A stretch of DNA of 51,501 nt from positions 1 to 51,501 of the forward strand of contig CAZOZF010000005.1 of assembly GCA_964584205.1 (NCBI GenBank), written 5' to 3'. Made by a program: the position numbers and the translations under genes. This DNA comes from an uncultured Verrucomicrobiota bacterium (GTDB lineage Bacteria; Verrucomicrobiota; Kiritimatiellia; CAIKKV01; CAITUY01). Below, in pieces: positions 29,905 to 39,860 of this stretch (positions are counted from its first letter, which is position 1; each line of letters begins with the position of its first letter). Under the pieces are notes generated by a model. It did no database searches. It was not told the origin of the DNA and saw only the letters and a list, made by a program, of their open reading frames with translations.

Positions 29905-32280
29905 ATGAAAACGATAAATCTGATCACCCTCATCGTCGTCGCCTGTGCATGCGCCCAGGCGGCCACGATTACAGTGGATGTAGACAAACCCGGCGTGAAG
30001 GTCAGCCCATTGTTGTATGGGATCTTCTTCGAGGAGATCAATCGAGCCGGGGATGGTGGCATCTATGCCGAAATGCTCCAGAACCGGTCACTCGAGGATG
30101 CCACCGTGCCGCTTGGTTGGACCGTTGTCAACGGCGCTGGCAAAATGACGCTCGACAAATCGCAACCGCTCAACGCCAACAACCCCACCAGCCTCCGCCT
30201 CGACGGTCAGGTCAGCGTCGCCAACAACGGCTTCAAGGGGGCGCCATACCAGTATGAGGTGGATCCGGCGAAATGGATGCCTGCATTCGAGAAGGGGGCG
30301 AAGGAGATGCCCAACGGGGTAGCCGTCCAACAGGGCAAGGAGTACCAGCTATCGCTTTATGCCCGCGGCCAAGGGCCGGTGACGGTTTCCCTCGAGAAGC
30401 AGGATGGCAAGGCGCTGGCTTCGCAAGAAGTCGGCGGTATCGGCGCGGAGTGGCGGAAATTCGATGTTGTCCTGACGCCGGTCGCGACGGAGCCGAATGC
30501 CCGGCTCGTTGTTTCATCCGCCGGTACCGTCTGGCTTGACATGGTGTCATTGATGCCGAAGGGCCGGATCTTCCGTGCCGATCTGCTCAAGATGCTTGCC
30601 GACATGAAGCCGGCGTTTCTCCGGTTCCCCGGTGGCTGCTGGGTCGAGGGTGATGAAATGCGTTTTGCATACCGCTGGAAGAAGACCCTTGGCGATGTCG
30701 CCGGGCGGCCGGGCCTCTGGAACCGGTGGGGTTACTACTCCACGGACGGATTGGGGATGCACGAGTACCTGCTGCTGTGCGAAGCGCTCAAGGCCGAGCC
30801 GCTATTCGTGATCAACTGCGGCATGTCGCACAAGGAGGTTGTTCCGATGGACAAGATGGATGAGTACGTCCGGGACGCGCTCGACGCCATCGAGTACTGC
30901 AACGGGTCTGTCGAGTCGAAGTGGGGCGCACTCCGGGCCAAGGCTGGCCACCCGGCGCCATTCAACCTGAAATATATGGAAATCGGCAACGAGAACGGCG
31001 GGCCGGCCTATCAGGAACGCTATCCGCTCTTTCACGACGCGATCAAGAAACAGTATCCCGACATGCACCTGATACTCGATTATGGGCCATCCAAAACGCG
31101 TCCGTCGGAAATCGTGGACGAGCATTACTACAACTCGCCTGAGTTCTTCATGCGGCAGGCCGACCGTTACGATCGTTATGACCGCGCCGGATTCAAGGTG
31201 TACATCGGCGAGTATGCTGTCACCCAGGGATCGGGCCGCGGAAATCTCCGCGGTGCGGTTGGCGAAGCCGCCTTCATGACCGGCATGGAACGCAACAGCG
31301 ATGTCGTCATCATGGGCAGCTACGCGCCTCTATTCGAACATGTCGGCTGGAAACGTTGGAATCCGAACGCCATCCTGTTCGATGCGGCTCGCAGCTATGC
31401 CACTCCCTCCTGGCATGTCCAGACCCTGTTCGGTAGCAACCGCGCCGATGTGGTCCTGCCGACGGCGGTCATGGCGCCAGAGATGGCGTCCACCGAGATC
31501 CGGAGCGGTTTCATCGGCGTCGGCGCCTGGAACACGCAGGTCGAGTACAAGGACATCAAGGTGACACAGGGCGACAAGGTCCTGTTGGAAGGCAGGAAAG
31601 GCTGGAAATTTGAGAGCGGCGATTGGAAATGGGATGGCGATGTGCTCCGCCAAAGCGGCAAGGGGGTGGACCTCCGCGCCTATGCCGGCCGCAAAGACTG
31701 GAAGGATTATACGCTGACGCTCAAGGCCTGCAAGCTCGGCGGGACCGAAGGGTTCCTCGTCATGTTTGCCGCGCCGGACAAGCGGGGCAAGTCCTGGTGG
31801 AACATCGGGGGATGGGGCAATTCGGCGCATTGTCTAGAGATCCGCGATGTCGAGAACAAGCGCGTTCCCGGCCGCATTGAGAGCGGGCGCTGGTACGACA
31901 TCAAGGTTGAGCTCAAGGGGCAGGCGATCCGCTGCTACCTCGACGGGAAGCTGATTCATGAAGTCAGTACGCCAGTGGTCAAGTCCATGTATGCGGTTGC
32001 CGGCCGTAGCGGGAATGATGTCATTCTCAAGGTTGTCAATGCCGCCAGTGCTTCGACAGAGACGACCATTGACTTGCGGGGTGTCACGAAACTCGCCTCC
32101 AAGGCTACGGTGACGGTCCTCACCAGCGCGAGCGGAGATGATGAGAACAGCTTCGATGAGCCGGTGAAGGTCGCGCCCAGGGAGACGACGATCACGAACA
32201 TGGCCCCGAGTTTTCAGCACACCTTCCCGGCCAATTCGGTGACGGTCCTGCGATTGCAGGCTGGTGGGCTGGAGCGGTAG
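29905..32280 (+). CDS. abfA: GH51 alpha-L-arabinofuranosidase (paralogue of 15553-17928, same 791 aa length)
   Basis: Same GH51 motifs (EIGNEN, IGEYA); colinear with the first copy. Confidence 0.92.
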   Translation: MKTINLITLIVVACACAQAATITVDVDKPGVKVSPLLYGIFFEEINRAGDGGIYAEMLQNRSLEDATVPLGWTVVNGAGKMTLDKSQPLNANNPTSLRLDGQVSVANNGFKGAPYQYEVDPAKWMPAFEKGAKEMPNGVAVQQGKEYQLSLYARGQGPVTVSLEKQDGKALASQEVGGIGAEWRKFDVVLTPVATEPNARLVVSSAGTVWLDMVSLMPKGRIFRADLLKMLADMKPAFLRFPGGCWVEGDEMRFAYRWKKTLGDVAGRPGLWNRWGYYSTDGLGMHEYLLLCEALKAEPLFVINCGMSHKEVVPMDKMDEYVRDALDAIEYCNGSVESKWGALRAKAGHPAPFNLKYMEIGNENGGPAYQERYPLFHDAIKKQYPDMHLILDYGPSKTRPSEIVDEHYYNSPEFFMRQADRYDRYDRAGFKVYIGEYAVTQGSGRGNLRGAVGEAAFMTGMERNSDVVIMGSYAPLFEHVGWKRWNPNAILFDAARSYATPSWHVQTLFGSNRADVVLPTAVMAPEMASTEIRSGFIGVGAWNTQVEYKDIKVTQGDKVLLEGRKGWKFESGDWKWDGDVLRQSGKGVDLRAYAGRKDWKDYTLTLKACKLGGTEGFLVMFAAPDKRGKSWWNIGGWGNSAHCLEIRDVENKRVPGRIESGRWYDIKVELKGQAIRCYLDGKLIHEVSTPVVKSMYAVAGRSGNDVILKVVNAASASTETTIDLRGVTKLASKATVTVLTSASGDDENSFDEPVKVAPRETTITNMAPSFQHTFPANSVTVLRLQAGGLER

Positions 32281-32307
32281 ACTCTGGCCGGAGAACAATA
32301 ATCGGAA

Positions 32308-34845
32308 ATGGCAATGAACAGATTTAACCCTATCAATATATTCATGCTTCCTGTCGTTGCCATGGCTTCCTCCGCGTGGGGAGGGGAAGGGGCATTGCCT
32401 CCCTTGGGTATGCCGGCGGTGACGAATGCCGTTGTCATGCAGGTTGAGCCGTTTGACCTCGCGGATGTGAGGTTGCTGGATGGCCCTTTCAAGCACGCGC
32501 AGGACGTCAATCGCGGACTGCTTGTGGACATGGATTTTGAGCGGCTGGTCCATCCCTTCCGGCGGGTGGCGGGGCTGCCCTCGCCCGTCGACTGGCCTGC
32601 AAACCTGGGGTATGCGGCAACGGGGCATACCGCGGGGCACTATCTTTCCGCCTGCGCGTTGCACTACCGGAACACGGGCGATACCGCGGTGAAACAGAAG
32701 GCTGATGCCGTGGTTGCCGAGATGGCGCGCTGCCAGGCGAAGATCGGTACGGGCTACCTGGGGGGCTTTCCGGAACGTTCCATGCAGGTTCATGCGCGGC
32801 TGGTGGATGATCCCGCGTTGAACGCCGCCGTGCCTTGGTATTGCCTGCACAAGATCTATGCCGGCCTGCTCGATATGTATGTGCTGACGGGGAACCGGCA
32901 GGCTCTGGAGGTGCTGATGAAGGTGGTGGATTGGGCCGATCAATACACGGCACAGTTCAACGACGCGGTGCTGCAGGGGATGTTGCGGGCCGAACACGGC
33001 GGCATCTGCGAGTTGTGGGCGAACCTTTATGCCGCCACGGGCGATGCGCGCTGCTTGCGGCTGGCGCAGCGGTTTGTCCATCAGGACCTGGTGGCCCCCG
33101 CGGCGCGGGGCGAGGATCTGCTGGACGGCCAACATGCCAACACGCAGATCCCCAAGTTCAGTAGCGTGGCCCGCTTGTATCAACTGGACGGCAACCTGAC
33201 GAACCTGTTGGGCGCGGCAAATTTCTGGCATTGCGTTGTGAACCATCATTCCTTTGTCACCGGGGGCAACAGTTATGCCGAAGCCTTCCGGCGTGATCTC
33301 TCCGCTTACCTGGGCACACGGGACGCCGAGAGTTGCAATGAATACAATATGCTGAAACTGACCCGCTACCTGTTCACTGTGGAACCGCGGGCGGAGTATG
33401 CGGACTACTATGAAAGGACGTTGTACAACCATGTGTTATCGTCGAGGCACCCGCAGACCGGGGGGCAGCTCTATTTCCAGCCGCTGCAAAGTGGCAATAT
33501 CAAGGGCGATCCCCTGGTAAACCGGGGGGTCCTGGGCTGGCGCTTCATGTTCAACAAGCATGCTCCTGAAGGGTGCCGGCCCGGCGGCGAGATGTGCTGC
33601 TGCTCCGGCTCAGGCTTGGAGAGCAATGCTAAATACGCGGACAGCATCTACTTCCATCATGCGGAAAGGGATCTCTATGTGAACCTGTTTATCCCGTCGG
33701 TGCTGGAGTGGAAGACCGCCGGGATCAAGATGCGGCAGGAGACCCGTTATCCCGAGCAGGCATCGACAACGCTGTTGCTGGACTGTCAGAAGCCCGTCGC
33801 CATGACTCTGCATGTCCGGCGTCCCTGGTGGGCCACCCAGTCGTTCGAGATCCGGGTGAACGGCCAACGGCAGGAAGTAGCCGCCCCCCCGGGGGCCTAT
33901 GTCAGCGTTGAGCGTACCTGGCAGAGCGGGGACAGGATGGATGTGTTCATGCCGATGAGCTTCCGAATGGAGGGTTTCCAGGATGAGCGCAGGCGGGGGG
34001 CCGTGATGTACGGGCCGCTGGTGATGGCCGCCGTGACCGGCTATGGAAACCCCTTTTCAGCGATCGGGGCGAAGGACGAGGAGGCCCTCGCCTCCCTCAA
34101 GCCTGTGGAGGGTAAGCGGCTGGAGTTTACGGGCTCACCTGAAATTTTCCGCACCTCGCCGCTGAAGGTGGCGGATCAAACGGTGGTGTTTCGTCCCTTG
34201 TACCAGATCTTTGAAACCCCGTCCGCGATCTACTGGGAGGTGATGGATCCGGCGATTCTCCGTAACGAGATGGCGCTTTTGGACAGGGAACTTCAGCGCC
34301 TCAAGGACCTGGAGCCCCGTACGGTGGATTGGGTGCTGTGTTATCCCGGAAACGAAATCTTCACGTTCCAGAGCCAATTACTAGCCCAGCCGGGTTGGCT
34401 ACCACGCCCGGCGCAACAGGTCACTGAACGGGCGCACGGCGTCAAGAACAAGGAGAACAGCCGCAAGCATTATCCGTGGCGGTTGGCCGAGATGTTCCTC
34501 GGTTACAAGGGTGAGTTCCGTCTGCTTGAACCTGGAACCTGGTGTTCTTACCGGATGAAGGTGCGCCCCGGCAGGGGCCAGACGTTGGAGGTCATCGTCT
34601 GGAAAACCAGGTTCAACGCAGAGAACACGCTTCTCAATCAAGGGGTTCTGGAAGTCGTGGTCGAGGGCCAGATGCTCGGAACGTGCGAGCCCGCCTCGTT
34701 TCCTGGTGGCCAGTTTACGAAGGTGTGCTTTTCGCTCCCGCCGGAGCGGATCGGGGCCAAGCGCGAGGTGGAGGTCCTGTTACGCGTGCCGGAGAAATCC
34801 CGTCCGGTGAGCGGGATCTACGAATGTCGAATGGTGACGAACTAG
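32308..34845 (+). CDS. GH127/GH146 beta-L-arabinofuranosidase-like protein
   Basis: GHYLSA, PWYCLHKIYAGLLD, EHGG, HANTQIPK, ESCNEYNMLKL, CCCSGSGLES (Zn-Cys site), YGPLVMA. Confidence 0.9.
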   Translation: MAMNRFNPINIFMLPVVAMASSAWGGEGALPPLGMPAVTNAVVMQVEPFDLADVRLLDGPFKHAQDVNRGLLVDMDFERLVHPFRRVAGLPSPVDWPANLGYAATGHTAGHYLSACALHYRNTGDTAVKQKADAVVAEMARCQAKIGTGYLGGFPERSMQVHARLVDDPALNAAVPWYCLHKIYAGLLDMYVLTGNRQALEVLMKVVDWADQYTAQFNDAVLQGMLRAEHGGICELWANLYAATGDARCLRLAQRFVHQDLVAPAARGEDLLDGQHANTQIPKFSSVARLYQLDGNLTNLLGAANFWHCVVNHHSFVTGGNSYAEAFRRDLSAYLGTRDAESCNEYNMLKLTRYLFTVEPRAEYADYYERTLYNHVLSSRHPQTGGQLYFQPLQSGNIKGDPLVNRGVLGWRFMFNKHAPEGCRPGGEMCCCSGSGLESNAKYADSIYFHHAERDLYVNLFIPSVLEWKTAGIKMRQETRYPEQASTTLLLDCQKPVAMTLHVRRPWWATQSFEIRVNGQRQEVAAPPGAYVSVERTWQSGDRMDVFMPMSFRMEGFQDERRRGAVMYGPLVMAAVTGYGNPFSAIGAKDEEALASLKPVEGKRLEFTGSPEIFRTSPLKVADQTVVFRPLYQIFETPSAIYWEVMDPAILRNEMALLDRELQRLKDLEPRTVDWVLCYPGNEIFTFQSQLLAQPGWLPRPAQQVTERAHGVKNKENSRKHYPWRLAEMFLGYKGEFRLLEPGTWCSYRMKVRPGRGQTLEVIVWKTRFNAENTLLNQGVLEVVVEGQMLGTCEPASFPGGQFTKVCFSLPPERIGAKREVEVLLRVPEKSRPVSGIYECRMVTN

Positions 34846-34900
34846 CGGAAAAGGTGCAGGTAGATACGATGATCATTTTCTTTTCCAAGGAGGCATCATC

Positions 34901-34987
34901 ATGCTCATGCTGAAGATGCTAGGGCTCGGATTGTTTGTGGTTGGGGGCTTGGGTTTACAGCACGGAGCGATGGCGGTTCCCGCATAG
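34901..34987 (+). pseudogene. Signal-peptide-only remnant of the beta-helix gene at 44595
   Basis: MLMLKMLGLGLFVVGGLGLQHGAMAVPA* versus MRTLKILSLGLFVVGGLVLQDGVIAAPTQ. The RBS context cttttcca.ggagg is also shared. Confidence 0.8.
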
Positions 34988-35014
34988 GGTTGCTGATGTT
35001 TCGAAAGGAGCCAA

Positions 35015-36913
35015 ATGAAACACGTGATAGATAATGTTTTGCGGGTTGGACTTATGTGTGTGGCCGTGGCGGCACCGGTTCTGGCCACGGAGTTCCATGT
35101 TTCCGTTAACGGCAAGGACGATCAGGCTGGAACCGCCGCGGCTCCGCTGCGCACGATCCAGCGCGCGGCGGACCTGGCACAGCCCGGGGACGCCATTACC
35201 GTTCACGCCGGCATCTACCGGGAGCGCGTCAATCCGCCGCGCGGGGGTGAGTCCGAGGCGAAGCGGATCGTCTATCAGGCCGCCCCGGGGGAGAAGGTCG
35301 AGATCCGGGGCTCGGAAGTCATCAGGAATTGGGAACGGGTCCAGGGTGATGTGTGGAAGGTGACCTTACCCAACTCGTTCTTCGGTAACTTCAATCCTTA
35401 CAGCGACTTGATCTATGGCGACTGGTTCGGCGCCAAAAACCGCCAGCACCACACCGGTGCCGTCTATCTCAACGGGGAATGGCTCGTCGAGGCGGCCACC
35501 ATCGGGGAGTTGCTCAATCCGATCACAAAGCCCAAGGGCAAGGAGGAGATTCTCGTCAACCGCATCATGACTATCCCCAGGCCGGGGGCGCGCGACGACT
35601 TGAAGTGGTTTGCCCTGGTCAATACCGACCGGACGACGATCTGGGCGCAGTTCGGTGGCGTGAACCCCAATGAGCAACAGGTGGAAATCAATGTTCGCCG
35701 CACGGTGTTCTATCCCGACCAGCCGGGGCGCAACTATATCACGGTGCGCGGCTTCGGCCTGCGGCACGCGGCCACGCCCTGGGCGCCGCCGACCTCTGAA
35801 CAGGTGGGCCTGATCGGGACGCACTGGAGCCGGGGCTGGATCATCGAGGACAACGACATCAGCCATTCGGTCTGTACGGCGGTGACGCTGGGCAAGTACG
35901 GCGACGAGTGGGATAACCAGTCCGCCAACACGGCCGAGGGCTACGTCAAGACGATTGAGCGCGGGTTCGCGAACGGCTGGAACAAGGCGACCGTCGGCAG
36001 TCATGTGGTCCGCAACAACACTATTGCGCACTGTGAGCAGGCCGGGATTGTCGGCAGCCTGGGCGCGGTGTTCAGCACGGTTACGGGCAACACCATTCAC
36101 GATATCCACGTGCGCCGTTACTTCGGCGGGGCGGAGATGGCCGGGATCAAGTTCCACGGGGCGATCGACACGGAAATCAGCCGAAATCACATCTACAACA
36201 CCTGCCTGGCGATCTGGCTGGACTGGATGGCGCAGGGGACGCATGTGACGCGCAACCTCATGCATGACAACGGCGAGGATCTGTTCACCGAGGTGGATCA
36301 CGGCCCGATCCTCGTGGACAACAACATTTTCCTGTCGGCCCGGAACCTGGCATCCAATTCCCAGGGCGCAAGCTATGTACACAACCTGTTTGCGGGGGCG
36401 GTCGTCCAGAACTCGCTCGATCAGCGCAAGACGCCTTACATGAAACCGCATTCCACGGAGGTCGTCGCCCTCCCCGATAACCCGACGGGCGACCACCAGT
36501 TCCATAACAATGTGTTTGTGGGACGGGGGGACATGAATACGTTTGACCGGGCCACGTTGCCGATGGTGGTGGACGGCAATGTCTTCTTCAAGGGGACAAA
36601 ATCCTGCAAGTTCGCGGTCAACTCGCACTTCAATCGCGAGTTGGATCCCGGGGTCAAGCTGGTTACATCGGCGCACGGGGCTCAACTTGCACTGACGCTG
36701 AATCCGGGGTGGGCGGGCGAAGCCTCCCGGAAACTGGTCACCACCGAACTGCTGGGCAGGACTGCAATCTCTGATGCGGCTTATGAGCAGCCCGACGGCA
36801 GTCCGCTGCGGATCGACACCGATTATTTCGGCAAGCCCCGGAATGCATCGAATCCGACGCCGGGTCCGTTCGAGAATCCCGGCGAGGGAAAGCTGGTGTT
36901 GATCGAAAAATAA
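35015..36913 (+). CDS. GH120-like right-handed beta-helix glycoside hydrolase with DUF1565-type N-terminus
   Basis: AAGGAG RBS, signal peptide, PLRTIQRAADLAQPGD..VHAGIYRERV, WAPPT, WLDW, EVDHGP. Confidence 0.82.
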   Translation: MKHVIDNVLRVGLMCVAVAAPVLATEFHVSVNGKDDQAGTAAAPLRTIQRAADLAQPGDAITVHAGIYRERVNPPRGGESEAKRIVYQAAPGEKVEIRGSEVIRNWERVQGDVWKVTLPNSFFGNFNPYSDLIYGDWFGAKNRQHHTGAVYLNGEWLVEAATIGELLNPITKPKGKEEILVNRIMTIPRPGARDDLKWFALVNTDRTTIWAQFGGVNPNEQQVEINVRRTVFYPDQPGRNYITVRGFGLRHAATPWAPPTSEQVGLIGTHWSRGWIIEDNDISHSVCTAVTLGKYGDEWDNQSANTAEGYVKTIERGFANGWNKATVGSHVVRNNTIAHCEQAGIVGSLGAVFSTVTGNTIHDIHVRRYFGGAEMAGIKFHGAIDTEISRNHIYNTCLAIWLDWMAQGTHVTRNLMHDNGEDLFTEVDHGPILVDNNIFLSARNLASNSQGASYVHNLFAGAVVQNSLDQRKTPYMKPHSTEVVALPDNPTGDHQFHNNVFVGRGDMNTFDRATLPMVVDGNVFFKGTKSCKFAVNSHFNRELDPGVKLVTSAHGAQLALTLNPGWAGEASRKLVTTELLGRTAISDAAYEQPDGSPLRIDTDYFGKPRNASNPTPGPFENPGEGKLVLIEK

Positions 36914-36995
36914 AACACTTTGCCGATTCTCTTGGTCCTATACACTTAGTCAGAATTCCCAGTCGTTCATGGAAGCATCAAGACGCGAGGTAGCA

Positions 36996-39761
36996 ATGAG
37001 AAGACAATTACTCAAGGGAGCCGCCCTACTAGTGGCGGCGGCTGTGATTCAGGCTGTGGCTCATGGTGACGTGCCGCAACGGGCAGATAATGCCGTAGCT
37101 CCCTATCCCGAACGGGAAACGATCGCGTTGCGATCGGAATTCGGGCATAGCGGTTCCTTTTCCTGGGTCATGAAAAAGGCCGGGGAGCCCCTTGAGGGCG
37201 CCGCCATCTCCGATCCGGCCTTTGCCGCTGACGGTTGGCAAAGGGCTGTTGTACCGGGGACGGTGTTGAACAGTCTGGTCGCGAACGGGGTCTATCCGGA
37301 ACCCTACTACGGGGTCAACAACCAGTTGACGCAAAACAGGATTCCTGACATCAGTCAAATGGGCGCGGCTTTCTATACCTACTGGTTCCGGACGACATTC
37401 CAGGTGCCAAAGTCCTTTGAGGGTCGCCGTGTCTGGCTGCAACTCGACGGAATCAATTACACGGCCGATGTCTGGCTGAATGGCCAGAAGCTCGGCAACA
37501 TGGCGGGCATGTTCAACCGGGGGCTGTTTGATGTCACCCGATTGGCCCGGATCGGTCAGGATAATGCCTTGGCCATCCTGGTCCACCCGATTGATCCGCC
37601 TAATGGCTTCAAGCAACGCGTGGATACCAAGGGGAACGCCAAAAACGAAAACCGGAACGGGGCGGATGGAACCATCGGTGCCTATGTGACGATGCTGATG
37701 ACCTGCGGGTGGGACTTCACGTTCAAGGACGGGATTCGAGATCGCAACACGGGCATCTGGCGCGATATCAAGGTGTTTGCCTCCGGTCCGGTGCTTCTGC
37801 GGAATGCCTTTGTCAAAAGCGAATTGCCGCTGCCGGAGCTCACGTCTTCGCGAGAAACCATTTCCGTTGAAGTCCGGAATGCGACAGGGTTGCCGCAACG
37901 CGGAGTGCTGAAGGCTGTCGTGGCTGAAAACCAGGTGGCGGTTCAGCAGACCCTCACGCTTGAACCCGCTGAAACCCGGATTGTGCGTTTTACGCCGGAC
38001 GAGTTCCGCAGTCTGGTGTTCAAGGACCCGCTGATCTGGTGGCCGTTTAACAAGGGGGGGCAGCCCTTGTATCACCTACAGCTGAGTTTTGAGCAGGACG
38101 GGGGAGTGTCTGATGTGCTCAAGACACGGTTCGGTGTCCGGGATGTGCGCAGTGATCAGAATACTCCGGACAAAAGCCGGGTGTTCCATGTCAACGGCAG
38201 GCGCTATTTTGTTACGGGGTCCAATTGGATCCCGGAAGCCATGTGCCGCACATCCCCGGAGCGCACCCGTGCGGAACTCCTGTATACCCGTCAGGCGGGA
38301 GTCAGCTTTCTGCGCTTGTGGGGTGGGGGCATCACGGAGTCGGATGAATTCTTCGACCTGTGTGACGAACTTGGCATCCTGGTATGGATCGAGTTCTGGG
38401 CCAGTGGTGACACGGTCACTGCAAGGGATGCGGCGTTGTTCAGGGAAAACGTGAAGGACACGGTGAAGCGCATCCGGAACCATCCCAGCCTGGCCTATTA
38501 TGTTTCCGCGAACGAGCGCAACGCGAAGACCATCATCCCGATCAAGGATCTCCTGGATCAGCTGGATGGAACGCGCGGGTATCAGCCGGGTTCCGAAACC
38601 GATGGTGTTCACGATGGCAGCCCCTATGGGACCTGCAATCCGATGTGGTACTACGAAGACACAGGATCAACTCGTGGTACCCGGCTCAGCGGGTTCAACC
38701 CGGAATACGGCACGCCGATCCTGCCGACGATCGATGCGCTGCGTGAAATGATGGATGAGAAGGATCTCTGGCCGATCAACAAGCCGGTCTGGTGGTATCT
38801 GGATGGCGATGGATTCCACGGCATGACCGGCTTGTACGACCAGGCGGTGCGACAGTACGGCCCCAGTTCCTCGATTGAGGAATATGCCTGGAAGGCCCAG
38901 ATGTTCGGTTCGTTGGCCTACAAGAGCCTCTGGGAGTGCTGGAACGCCCAGCGGTTTGAGTATGGAGAGCGCTTCAGCACGGGGGTACTGTTCTGGTATC
39001 ACAACAGTCCCAACCGGCAGACCTGCGGCCGAATGTGGGACTGGTCGCTGGAGCCGACAGCGGCGCTGTATGCCAGTCAGAGCGCCCATGAGCCCCTCCA
39101 TATTCAATACGACTTTCTCAAGAACACCGTGGGCGTTAACAACGAGATGAGCAAAGCCTTTCCAGGCCTCACCGCGACCCTCCGGATCCTGAATCTCGAC
39201 CTGAAGGAGGTTTACCGGAAGGCGGTGACCCTCGATGTGCCGGCAGATCGTTTTGTGAAGGACGTCATTCATGTCGAGCTGCCGCACAATCTCAGCCCGG
39301 TGTATTTCCTCAAGCTCACCCTTGCGGATGACTCGGGCAAGGTGCTTTCGGATAACTTCTACTGGAGTTCCAACATGCCCTACAAGCCGGGCCGCACCCT
39401 CACCGGGCCGCTCTTCGAAGGCATGTCGCCGCTTAGCAACCTGCCCAAGGCTATTGTCCGGTGCGAGGTCTCCCGGCACCAGTCCAACGGGCAGGAGGAA
39501 TACCAGGTTTCCTTAACCAATCCGTCCCCGACGATTGCCTTCATGGTCTGGCTCCGGCTGCAGGATGCCATAACGGGGAAACCGGTACGGCCGGCATTTT
39601 ACGACGACAATTTCTTTTCACTGCTTCCCGGTGAATCCCGGATGATCCGCATCGGGTATGGCAGCGAAGTCAGGCAGCCCCGGCTCATTGTCGATGGCTG
39701 GAATATTGCCCGCAGGCAGTATGAGAACGGCAAAGTGACAGACCTGCCTGGGGGTCGATAG
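36996..39761 (+). CDS. GH2 of the beta-mannosidase/exo-beta-glucosaminidase subgroup
   Basis: AVVPGTVL, GWDF, RDRNTGIW, FGVR, LRLWGGG, RIRNHPSL..YVSANE, FNPEYG, DNFFSLLPGE. GAGG RBS before ATG 36996; ORF is open from 36969. Confidence 0.88.
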   Translation: MRRQLLKGAALLVAAAVIQAVAHGDVPQRADNAVAPYPERETIALRSEFGHSGSFSWVMKKAGEPLEGAAISDPAFAADGWQRAVVPGTVLNSLVANGVYPEPYYGVNNQLTQNRIPDISQMGAAFYTYWFRTTFQVPKSFEGRRVWLQLDGINYTADVWLNGQKLGNMAGMFNRGLFDVTRLARIGQDNALAILVHPIDPPNGFKQRVDTKGNAKNENRNGADGTIGAYVTMLMTCGWDFTFKDGIRDRNTGIWRDIKVFASGPVLLRNAFVKSELPLPELTSSRETISVEVRNATGLPQRGVLKAVVAENQVAVQQTLTLEPAETRIVRFTPDEFRSLVFKDPLIWWPFNKGGQPLYHLQLSFEQDGGVSDVLKTRFGVRDVRSDQNTPDKSRVFHVNGRRYFVTGSNWIPEAMCRTSPERTRAELLYTRQAGVSFLRLWGGGITESDEFFDLCDELGILVWIEFWASGDTVTARDAALFRENVKDTVKRIRNHPSLAYYVSANERNAKTIIPIKDLLDQLDGTRGYQPGSETDGVHDGSPYGTCNPMWYYEDTGSTRGTRLSGFNPEYGTPILPTIDALREMMDEKDLWPINKPVWWYLDGDGFHGMTGLYDQAVRQYGPSSSIEEYAWKAQMFGSLAYKSLWECWNAQRFEYGERFSTGVLFWYHNSPNRQTCGRMWDWSLEPTAALYASQSAHEPLHIQYDFLKNTVGVNNEMSKAFPGLTATLRILNLDLKEVYRKAVTLDVPADRFVKDVIHVELPHNLSPVYFLKLTLADDSGKVLSDNFYWSSNMPYKPGRTLTGPLFEGMSPLSNLPKAIVRCEVSRHQSNGQEEYQVSLTNPSPTIAFMVWLRLQDAITGKPVRPAFYDDNFFSLLPGESRMIRIGYGSEVRQPRLIVDGWNIARRQYENGKVTDLPGGR

Positions 39762-39860
39762 ATCATCTTCCCTGCCAGCCTGTTATTCTTCCTTGCCATA
39801 CCACTTGTGGCATTGCATCCTAAGGTTTGAAGTTCAATTGGTATGATGGGGGTGAGATGT

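Noticed and set aside
13880-34987. TAG aligned with CAG at two sites (13880, 34985), suggesting amber-to-Gln recoding
   Set aside because: No long gene here needs TAG read-through, and several genes end at TAG at natural termini. C-to-T changes in scars explain it.
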